Of a DNA stretch of 64,000 bases, positions 26,331 to 34,062 are shown piece by piece. Under the pieces are notes generated by a model. It searched no databases, was not told the DNA's origin, and saw only the letters and a program-made list of their open reading frames with translations. Position 1 is the first letter of the stretch; the number at the start of each line of letters is the position of its first letter. Source of the stretch: Candidatus Poribacteria bacterium (lineage in GTDB: Bacteria > Poribacteria > WGA-4E > WGA-3G); assembly GCA_026702755.1 (NCBI GenBank), contig JAPPBX010000017.1:13743-77742 (forward strand), written 5' to 3'. A program made the translations under genes and the position numbers.

Positions 26331-26872
26331 TTTTTAATCTGATGGTACACAGTATGTGCCCATTGCTTCTAAAATGGAATTGCACTTAACAACGAAAATG
26401 CCACGCGAAAGATATAAAACGCGCGGTGACATGCCGCGAGTATCTCATGCTTTGTTAAAATAATAGATGTACCTATAGACTTCCTAAAAGCGTACCATTC
26501 ATTGATACACAATTAGGTAGCATCTACTATAACCCAAGTTGCTACTAACAAATTTTGGTGTTTGTGCTTGGGTATTTCTGTGTGTTTCAACACCACTTTT
26601 CAAGTATTTCCTCACCCCAGATGAAGTTTAATAAAATATTTGGGTAATTCTATGTTCTCCAGACCCGGTAGGTGCGGTTTCCCAACCGCACCGGGCATCG
26701 GTAAAAATTACCCGATTAAATTCTTAATCTTCATGAGAGGCGATATATCTATAGAATATAGAAGAACACCACAATATGTTGCAAAGCAGAGATGTACAAA
26801 GCGCGGGACGCGTAAATAAGGACCCGCAATCTTTGGACAATAAGAGATATAAAGGAAAAACAAAATCTGCCT

Positions 26873-27220
26873 TTAAATGGCATAATTTGCGAGTTCAGTG
26901 GAAGGTATAGGCGGGGCACGACTCCAAGCGGTCGTGGTAAATCTTAAAGGAAGAAAAACGATTTCATACAGCGGAAGCGTCGTACTTGGAAGAAACGGAG
27001 AGGTGAGTACTACCACCTCAATTTCCTCTCCGACGTGTTGGCTGTTGTAGACACAGGCTGTACAAGTTTCCTCAGAATGCGCGTGTTCACAATGATCGTG
27101 ATCATGCGTGAGTGCTATGACACTCAGCAACGCAACATAACAAAATAAACCTATTAAAATGCCGGTTTTCAAACTACGCCTAAAGACAAGCGTGTTTGGA
27201 AAAGCGATGCCGTTTCTCAT
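26873..27220 (-). CDS. Small membrane-anchored His/Cys-rich protein (copy B)
   Basis: MRNGIAFPNTLVFRRSLKTGILIGLFCYVALLSVIALTHDHDHCEHAHSEETCTACVYNSQHV. See the paralog at 21336..21707. Confidence 0.6.
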   Translation of the reverse strand: MRNGIAFPNTLVFRRSLKTGILIGLFCYVALLSVIALTHDHDHCEHAHSEETCTACVYNSQHVGEEIEVVVLTSPFLPSTTLPLYEIVFLPLRFTTTAWSRAPPIPSTELANYAI

Positions 27221-27273
27221 AACCTATGCCTGTGTTATTATCAAAGCTCAGATTGCCAACAAACTTGCGATAT

Positions 27274-27302
27274 ATTATATCATACGATTATGTCAATGTC
27301 AA
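27274..27302 (-). promoter_or_regulatory. Perfect-consensus sigma-70 promoter (TTGACA-17-TATAAT) for the small His/Cys ORF and leader B
   Basis: The minus strand reads tTTGACAttgacataatcgtatgaTATAATatatcgc. The -10 is embedded in the palindrome GATATA-A-TATATC. Confidence 0.6.
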
Positions 27303-27459
27303 ATAAAAGTGGAAATCATACCAGAACCATTTAGTTTTCTTGTAGGAGGGATCCCCGAATTCCGACTGCTGACACCCTCTCAGAAAAGATAGGCTTGCAC
27401 TTATCGGCGCGATGCTTTATCATATTCACCATGAGATTACCCAAAGGAGACATAATTAG

Positions 27460-28662
27460 ATGCTAAGTGTTAAAGAAGCCCGCCAACAAATGCTAAATAC
27501 CATTCCGGTTTTACCCACAGAAAAACGGGAAATTCTAAGTTGTGCGAACTACGTTCTCGCTGAGACACTGCATGCCGAAGAAAACATTCCGCCGTTCGAC
27601 AATTCAGCGATGGATGGGTATGCGGTTCACGCAGCAGATGTTCAAAACGCTTCCGAAGCGAAACCTGCTGTTCTTTCGGTTGTAGAAACCATAGCCGCCG
27701 GATATGCCCCAACACAACAGGTCGCAGCCGGGCAAGCGTCGCGCATCATGACAGGTGCCATGATGCCGGAAGGTGCCGACGCGGTTGTGATGCAAGAGGT
27801 GACCCAGCGGGACGGGGATACAGTCAAAATTTTTGAGAGTATTGACAAAACTGGAAACGTCCGTTTCACGGGTGAAAGTGTCGCGGAGGGACAGCAGGTC
27901 ATGGGAAAAGGGAAATACCTACGTCCACCGGAAATTTCAATGCTCGCCTCTCTTAATCGCCCAGAGGTTACAGTCTATCGCAAGCCCACCGTTGCGATTG
28001 TTTCGACGGGTGACGAACTCCTGCTACTCGGTGACCGGCTTGAACCAGGAAAAATTCGAGAAAGCAACCGTTACGGTCTCTATGCACAGGTCGAGGAAGC
28101 GGGCGGCATACCGATTGATATGGGTATCGCGCCTGACGATGAAGCAGAAATAGAGCGAATTTTTCGGGACGCGCTTGCAAAGGCTGATGCCCTCATTACA
28201 AGTGGTGGCGTTTCGGTAGGGGAGCACGACTTTGTGAAAAGTGTATTGGAGAGATTAGGCGAAGTTAACTTCTGGCGCGTCGCCATGAAACCCGGAAAAC
28301 CGCAGGCTTACGGTATCTCGGACGGAAAACCTATTTTTGGATTGCCCGGCAATCCGGTCTCTTCGCTCGTTGTGTTTGAACTTTTTGTCCGACCCGCGCT
28401 CCTCAAAATGGCAGGACGTACAGAATTATTGCGTCCAACCTTCAAAGCTACTTTGGCAGAATCCATTACCAATAGAGATGGACGCGTTAATTATATGCGC
28501 GCAATTCTCAAAGAGTCTGATGGTCAATATACTGCTGAAACAACGGGTCCCCAGGGTTCTGGTATTTTGCACTCGCTTGTATTGGCGAACGGCTTAATCA
28601 CGATTCCATCCGGTGTAACGTTACAGGCTGGAGAAACGGTCGATGCCCAGTTCCTATTTTAG
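27460..28662 (+). CDS. moeA: Molybdopterin molybdotransferase MoeA
   Basis: MoeA motifs: NIPPFDNSAMDGYAV, ITSGGVSVGEHDF, FGLPGNPVSSLVVFELFVRPAL. AAAGGAGA RBS. Confidence 0.85.
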   Translation: MLSVKEARQQMLNTIPVLPTEKREILSCANYVLAETLHAEENIPPFDNSAMDGYAVHAADVQNASEAKPAVLSVVETIAAGYAPTQQVAAGQASRIMTGAMMPEGADAVVMQEVTQRDGDTVKIFESIDKTGNVRFTGESVAEGQQVMGKGKYLRPPEISMLASLNRPEVTVYRKPTVAIVSTGDELLLLGDRLEPGKIRESNRYGLYAQVEEAGGIPIDMGIAPDDEAEIERIFRDALAKADALITSGGVSVGEHDFVKSVLERLGEVNFWRVAMKPGKPQAYGISDGKPIFGLPGNPVSSLVVFELFVRPALLKMAGRTELLRPTFKATLAESITNRDGRVNYMRAILKESDGQYTAETTGPQGSGILHSLVLANGLITIPSGVTLQAGETVDAQFLF

Positions 28663-28850
28663 ATATAGACAAGACTTACGCAGCACAAAATAAGAATAGG
28701 ACTTACGTACACGTGGATATTGAACGGTGGAAGGACGGAAGGAAGGGAAGGATGGAAGACCTGCCTCCACGCTTCCACCCTTCCAATCTGCCGATCCCGC
28801 AAGAAACGAAGGGATTTTGCGTAAGTCCTAATAGCATTGAGGAGTTTTCC

Positions 28851-29696
28851 ATGGTTGTAGACACGCATGTTCATGTTTGGGAAATAGATCCCCCGAAATA
28901 TCCTGTCGGTCCCACTGCGCCGAGTTGGAATTCCTATCCAGATGAACCCGGTACCGCTGATGAACTCTTGGCAGAGATGAACGAGCACGGTGTTGACTGG
29001 ACAGTGCTGGTTCAAACGAGTTGGTCTACTTGGGATAATGGTTATATTGCGGATTCGGTAGCGCGTTTTCCAGACCGGTTCATTGGGCACGGCTTAATCG
29101 ATCCCCAGGACCCAGACAACGCTGATCACGTCCGTTATTGGATAAAAGACCGAGGCTTGGCAGGCTTTCGCTTCCATCCGATGTACTATCCCGATGAAAA
29201 GATATTGCTCACCCAGCAGAACGCACCGATGTGGGAAGAGATTGCGGCACTAGACGCAGTCATCCAGTTTCATCTGCGTGCTGAGTTTGCCGATCAGGTC
29301 GCTGTTATCGCGCAACAGTACCCACATCTGACCCTGATTCTTGACCACATGGGTTACCCGCAGGTGGGTTCCGAGGAAGCAGCGTTTCAACCAATTGTGG
29401 ACCTCGCTCGATACGATAATGTCCACTTCAAACTGTCAGATGTTGCAGGACGTTCTCACCAAGATTTCCCGTACACGGATGTACATCCGTTCATTGAAAA
29501 ATTGCTTTCGGTTTTCGGGGCAGCGCGGACGGTCTGGGGCACAGGCTACCCCGGACACCATCGGCAAAAGCACAACTGGCCATCTTTAGAACAGGAACTT
29601 CGTCTCATTCGGGAAGGCTTACCGTTCCTGACAGAAGCCGACAAGGAACAGATTCTGGGAGGCACAGCCGCGCACATCTGGAATTTGGCGGTGTAG
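28851..29696 (+). CDS. Amidohydrolase-2 family (TIM-barrel metal-dependent hydrolase) protein
   Basis: GAGGAG RBS 7 nt upstream of the ATG. MVVDTHVHVWE metal-binding HxH motif. The ORF track's longer N-terminal extension from 28713 is probably untranslated. Confidence 0.65.
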   Translation: MVVDTHVHVWEIDPPKYPVGPTAPSWNSYPDEPGTADELLAEMNEHGVDWTVLVQTSWSTWDNGYIADSVARFPDRFIGHGLIDPQDPDNADHVRYWIKDRGLAGFRFHPMYYPDEKILLTQQNAPMWEEIAALDAVIQFHLRAEFADQVAVIAQQYPHLTLILDHMGYPQVGSEEAAFQPIVDLARYDNVHFKLSDVAGRSHQDFPYTDVHPFIEKLLSVFGAARTVWGTGYPGHHRQKHNWPSLEQELRLIREGLPFLTEADKEQILGGTAAHIWNLAV

Positions 29697-29795
29697 GAGG
29701 GGTTCCAATTTCTATGCGGATGTTGATTGATTCGTCAGTTAAAAGTCGGGATTCGGAAATCCCTCCTACACAAGAATTAGAGTACAGGTTCTGTT

Positions 29796-30518
29796 ATGAC
29801 AACAATCGCAATGAATTGGGGTGAGATGGCTTATCTTGATTCAGGTGATTCGGGATGTCCGCTGCTGTTCTTGCATGGGACTGGCTGTGATGCCTCCGAT
29901 TGGATGCCAGTGATTGAAAGATTGCCGAGTGCGCAGCGTTGTATTGCTCCCGATTTTCGCGGACATGGACAGAGTGCTGTGCCTACCCAACCATTTACAT
30001 TGGCGGATCTTGCTGGTGATGTATTGTGCCTTGCAGACTTTTTGGGAATTCAGGAATTGGTGATTGTTGGGCACAGTCTTGGCGGCATGGTGGCGATGGA
30101 GGTCGCGCAGCATTCCTCCTGTGTTGTTGGGCTTATTTTGCTGGAGGGATGGACAAGTCTTTCATCTGCGGGCAGTGCTTTCGACCCCGGACGGTTTTAC
30201 GGTTCACTGTCCGAAACCGTGGTTGCACAGATTCAGCGGAAGTCTGAGAGGACTCGAAATCGTTTTCAATCCGAAGTCTGGCACGATTTCTGGGAGTCTG
30301 TCAAGAAATTTGATGCCTATACCTACTTGCAGCGCGCCTCTATTCCTATCTACGAGGTCTTTGGCGGTATGGGACGGAATGATTTAACTGAAGATAAGTT
30401 ACGCATTCCGTCCAATCCGCATATTCGATGGGTATGGATACCCAACGCCGGACATTACCTACCGCATGAATGTCCGACTGAAATCGCCAAGGTAATAAGC
30501 ACACTCTGTGTGCCTTAA
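29796..30518 (+). CDS. Alpha/beta-hydrolase fold protein
   Basis: LLFLHGTGCDASDW. Nucleophile elbow VIVGHSLGGMVAM. C-terminal His (NAGHYLPHE). Confidence 0.7.
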   Translation: MTTIAMNWGEMAYLDSGDSGCPLLFLHGTGCDASDWMPVIERLPSAQRCIAPDFRGHGQSAVPTQPFTLADLAGDVLCLADFLGIQELVIVGHSLGGMVAMEVAQHSSCVVGLILLEGWTSLSSAGSAFDPGRFYGSLSETVVAQIQRKSERTRNRFQSEVWHDFWESVKKFDAYTYLQRASIPIYEVFGGMGRNDLTEDKLRIPSNPHIRWVWIPNAGHYLPHECPTEIAKVISTLCVP

Positions 30519-30579
30519 CTTCAAGGTAGTGGGCACACGCCGTGAGTTCCTGTAATCTCACACCGTGTGTCGTAATACG

Positions 30580-31416
30580 CTAAGCTTCCGGAATTTCGAC
30601 CGGCAGATCCAGCCGGTCACCCCACTCTTTCCACGAACCTATGTAGTTGCTTACTTTTGGATAGCCCAAGAGTCGCAACGCCAAATAGGCTTGTGAAGAG
30701 CGGTAACCACCCTGTCAGTAGCACATGACCTGTTTTTCCGGTGTGATACCGACATTTTCGTACATCTGCCGGAGTTCGTCAGCCGGTTTAAAAGCCCCTG
30801 CTTCATCGAGATTATTGAGCCACTCAATATGGATCGAACCCGGAATCGCACCTGGGCGTTCGGCGCGAGCGACCCTGCCGTAGTGTTCATCATCTGTGCG
30901 CGTATCGAGAGGAACAAAATCAGTTCGGTTTAAGAGGACGCGGATCACATCAGCATCCATGTGTATATCGTGTTTTGGATTTATTGGGAAGGGTGGCACC
31001 TCTGGTGGCTCAACACCGACCGTACTCACAGGTCCATCTGCTGCTAACCACGCCTTGAAGCCGCCATCCAATAGACGGGTTTCAGGGTGTCCTAAGTACT
31101 CGCAGAACCAAAACCCTCGCGAGGCGCGCGTTCCTGAGATGTCTTCATACCATACAATCGGCTTGCTCGGATCGAGTCCGCGTTGCTGAAATAGGTATGC
31201 TATCATCCACATAAAGGTATCGAAAGTCTCTTTTCGAGTATCAATAAGACTCAACCCAAACAAATCTAAATGAAGTGCACCAGGGATGTGTCCTTGGATA
31301 TATTCATAGGTTGGTCGGGTATCGACAAGGCAGTACGTCTGATCGTCAAGTGTGCCTTTCAATTCCTCAGCAGAGATAACCAGTTGTGGATTTTCATAAC
31401 CTTTATAGGTTTCCAT
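30580..31416 (-). CDS. Two-domain rhodanese-like sulfurtransferase with an in-frame TGA (30715-30717) at the catalytic-cysteine position: candidate selenocysteine-containing rhodanese
   Basis: ORF 30715..31416 ends ...[13 protein letters not shown]. The same frame continues [47 protein letters not shown] (stop 30580-30582; 837 nt total, divisible by 3). In the alignment y-C-q-s-G-g-R-S-a-q-a / [11 protein letters not shown] the TGA takes the place of the CX5R catalytic Cys. The N-terminal domain has [22 protein letters not shown]. Confidence 0.6.
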
Positions 31417-31567
31417 CTTTAGTTATAACTCCTTTAGGACTTACGCAATTTTCTTACGAACAACGGCTACCACACGCCGCTGGCGAGGTTTTAAACCTCG
31501 CCAGCGATGAAGCTGCGCAAGTCCTGTCCTTCTAATTTTTTATAAGACGCGTCGTCCTGTCTGCGTC

Positions 31568-32944
31568 CTACGCCGTTTTCGGCTTCTTTTTGTTAACAAG
31601 TTTTATTGCTTTCCATTTTCCAGTACGATACCAGAACCACATGGCGATCCCCTGGACGACATTAGAAAGGGCGATGCCCAACCAAACGCCGTTAAGCCCG
31701 ATGAAGTGTGAAAGTAGGATCACGAGTCCCAAACCAACGCCTACCTGTGCTGCGAGCGTAATCACCATCGGAGAGAAGGTGTCTCCAGCACCGTTGAGTG
31801 CTCTTCCTAAGATGAGCGAAAAAGCAATGAATCCAAACGTTGGTGCGAGAAATTGTAGATAAACGATGCCGATTTCGGTAACATCCGTCTCCGTAGTAAA
31901 GATCCGAATGAAGATTTGTGGAAAGACGAAAAAGACTGCGCCGATACCTGCCATAATTGCGGCACCTACAAGGTTTGCCACTCGTGTCGATTCTTCGGCG
32001 CGTTCTATCTGATTCGCTCCCAAATTCTGTCCGACCAATGGCACGACGGCGTTTGCGATCCCGAAGCCGGGATTCATTACCAGAATCCTGAGTCGCATAC
32101 AGATTGTATATGCTGCGACGACCGTCTTACCGTAGGGTCCGATAACCCATAAAAAACCGAGTCTCGAAATATGCCGCCAAAACCCTTGCATCGAACTATA
32201 AACACCGAGCCTTAAAATATCAAGCATTTCCACCGGGTCCACCTGATACCGAACGCGCCGTAATGAAACAGGTGCACGTCCACTCCAACAGAGATAAAGT
32301 AGGATAATCACACCCGCGCCACGCCCGATAAGCGTCGCATACGCTGAACCTGCTACCCCAAGTTTCGGAAACCCCCACAACCCAAAAATCAGCAACGGAT
32401 CAAGTCCGATGTTAATCAACGTTGAGAAGATCAGGACCATCATTGGTGTAACCGTGTCGCCACCTGCACGGAAGATAGAGCCGAGTGTCATCGACACGAA
32501 CATTGTGCTAATACCAGCGAGAATGATGTGCATGTAAGTGGTGCCGAGCCTTAGCACCTCTGGGTCCACCATTCGGACAGCGAGCAAGCCCTGTTCCGCC
32601 AAGGGATAACCAACGAGCGTGACACCGATTGAAAAAAAAACGGCTAACAGGATTGACTGCATGGCGATGTGTTCGGCTTGCGCGAGGTTCCTCGCTCCGA
32701 GGTTCTGTGCCACCATAATCCCAGCACCCGTTGAGACACCGAGCGAGAAAACCCCGATTAACCGAATTAGATTTCCGCTCACACCAACAGCTGCTATCGC
32801 GCCAGCCCCCAATCTGCCAACGAAAATCATATCAACGATATTGAATGCTTCTTGGAGAATGTAGCTGAGTGTTATGGGACCCGCAAGCTGCAGAAGGTGT
32901 CTCAGAAGGCTCCCTCGGGTTAAATCGCCCCGTGTTTTTTTCAT
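31568..32944 (-). CDS. MATE-family efflux transporter
   Basis: 458 aa with 12 predicted TM helices. Typical MATE N-terminus (GSLLRHLLQLAGPITLSYILQEAFNIVDMIFVGRLG) and internal repeat. Confidence 0.8.
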   Translation of the reverse strand: MKKTRGDLTRGSLLRHLLQLAGPITLSYILQEAFNIVDMIFVGRLGAGAIAAVGVSGNLIRLIGVFSLGVSTGAGIMVAQNLGARNLAQAEHIAMQSILLAVFFSIGVTLVGYPLAEQGLLAVRMVDPEVLRLGTTYMHIILAGISTMFVSMTLGSIFRAGGDTVTPMMVLIFSTLINIGLDPLLIFGLWGFPKLGVAGSAYATLIGRGAGVIILLYLCWSGRAPVSLRRVRYQVDPVEMLDILRLGVYSSMQGFWRHISRLGFLWVIGPYGKTVVAAYTICMRLRILVMNPGFGIANAVVPLVGQNLGANQIERAEESTRVANLVGAAIMAGIGAVFFVFPQIFIRIFTTETDVTEIGIVYLQFLAPTFGFIAFSLILGRALNGAGDTFSPMVITLAAQVGVGLGLVILLSHFIGLNGVWLGIALSNVVQGIAMWFWYRTGKWKAIKLVNKKKPKTA

Positions 32945-33108
32945 ATTTTCGGCTTTTCGTGAGTCCTGCTTGTTCTCTCTGAGTTTTGATCCCCTTACCG
33001 AATAGAAATCTGATAACTACGACTTTCGGATACGGTGTTTCTGGGCTTCACTATAGCAGAATTTTGTTTGGATGTCAAGAGAAAAATAGGGCTTAAAAGT
33101 ATTTTTCT

Positions 33109-33138
33109 TTGACAGAATCTTTAGAAACCTGTTATAAT
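33109..33138 (+). promoter_or_regulatory. Consensus sigma-70 promoter (TTGACA-18-TATAAT) for LamG paralog 3
   Basis: tttcTTGACAgaatctttagaaacctgtTATAATgt, followed by an AGGAGG RBS and the ATG at 33165. Confidence 0.5.
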
Positions 33139-33164
33139 GTTCTATATTTTTTAGGAGGCAGAAT

Positions 33165-33953
33165 ATGAAGAATGCAGTATTGACTTACAAGTTCTCCCCT
33201 TACGGGGTCGTGTGTTTCTTGGTAGCGTTGTCTATGATCCTCGCGCCGTTTGTTTCGGCTAACTTTGAAGAGGGACTTGTCCTGAATCACCATTACGATG
33301 AGGGGCAAGGCACACTTGCTGCAGATGCCAGCGGACATGGGCACGATGGCGAAATTTCCAATCCAGAGTGGGTCGATGGTAAATTCGGGAAGGCACTCAG
33401 ATTTGGTGGTGAAGGCAGCGACGTTTTCGTTACCGTTGAGAGTACGGCTGCCTTGAATGTAAACGAGTGTACGTTTATGGCGTGGATTAACGCCGATCAT
33501 TGGAATGGGGTACGCCAAATTGTTGGCAAATCCGTCCACGGTGGTTGCGCCGGTAGAACGCAATACGGCCTGTTTAGTGAAGGTGGTGTTTTCAAAGTCC
33601 GCTTTGAAACTGAAAACGGCAGAGCCGACATTTCAACGGATCTTCCACCAACCGGTGAATGGGTTCACGTCGCTTTTACCAACGATGGTGCAATGGCGAA
33701 AATCTATATTAATGGCAGCTCAGTTGTTGAAGGCGCGGTCCCGGGTCCACTGAGAGCGAACGACGATCCCTGGCGGATCGGACAGGACTGTGAACGTCTC
33801 AACTACGTCTTCGCAGGTGCTATAGACGAAGTTCGTCTCTGGAACCGTGCGTTGACGACTGCTGATATTGGTGAGTTAATGCCTTCAGCCGTTGCTGTTG
33901 ACGCTCGCGGAAAATTGGCGACCACTTGGGGCAGTATCAAAACTGCTCATTAA
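33165..33953 (+). CDS. Secreted LamG_3 / concanavalin A-like protein (paralog 3)
   Basis: Signal peptide. GLVLNHHYDEG, CTFMAWIN, NDDPWRIGQDCERLNYVFAGAIDEVRLWNRALTTADIGELM. C-terminal tail GKLATTWGSIKTAH. About 75% identical to paralog 4. Confidence 0.75.
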   Translation: MKNAVLTYKFSPYGVVCFLVALSMILAPFVSANFEEGLVLNHHYDEGQGTLAADASGHGHDGEISNPEWVDGKFGKALRFGGEGSDVFVTVESTAALNVNECTFMAWINADHWNGVRQIVGKSVHGGCAGRTQYGLFSEGGVFKVRFETENGRADISTDLPPTGEWVHVAFTNDGAMAKIYINGSSVVEGAVPGPLRANDDPWRIGQDCERLNYVFAGAIDEVRLWNRALTTADIGELMPSAVAVDARGKLATTWGSIKTAH

Positions 33954-34062
33954 AACATTGTAGGTGCTTTCAGGCGCGCTTTCAGGCGCGCCCGCCTCTT
34001 TCTCTGCCATCACTTAGGATCACATCTGCTGAGAAAAAATACACTGGACAGCGGAGAAAAAA

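Noticed and set aside
27392-27459. Molybdenum-cofactor riboswitch upstream of moeA
   Set aside because: Only about 70 nt separate the leader-B promoter region from the moeA start. That is too short for the ~130-nt Moco motif, and I see no matching conserved blocks.
30580-30717. Reading the rhodanese TGA as a real stop, either a pseudogene or two genes (a 233-aa protein plus a separate short ORF)
   Set aside because: The downstream 45 codons are in the same frame and have no start codon or RBS. They complete the rhodanese active-site and C-terminal segment exactly. The TGA aligns to the catalytic Cys. Sec recoding is the more economical explanation. A sequencing error, TGA for TGC/TGT, cannot be excluded without reads.
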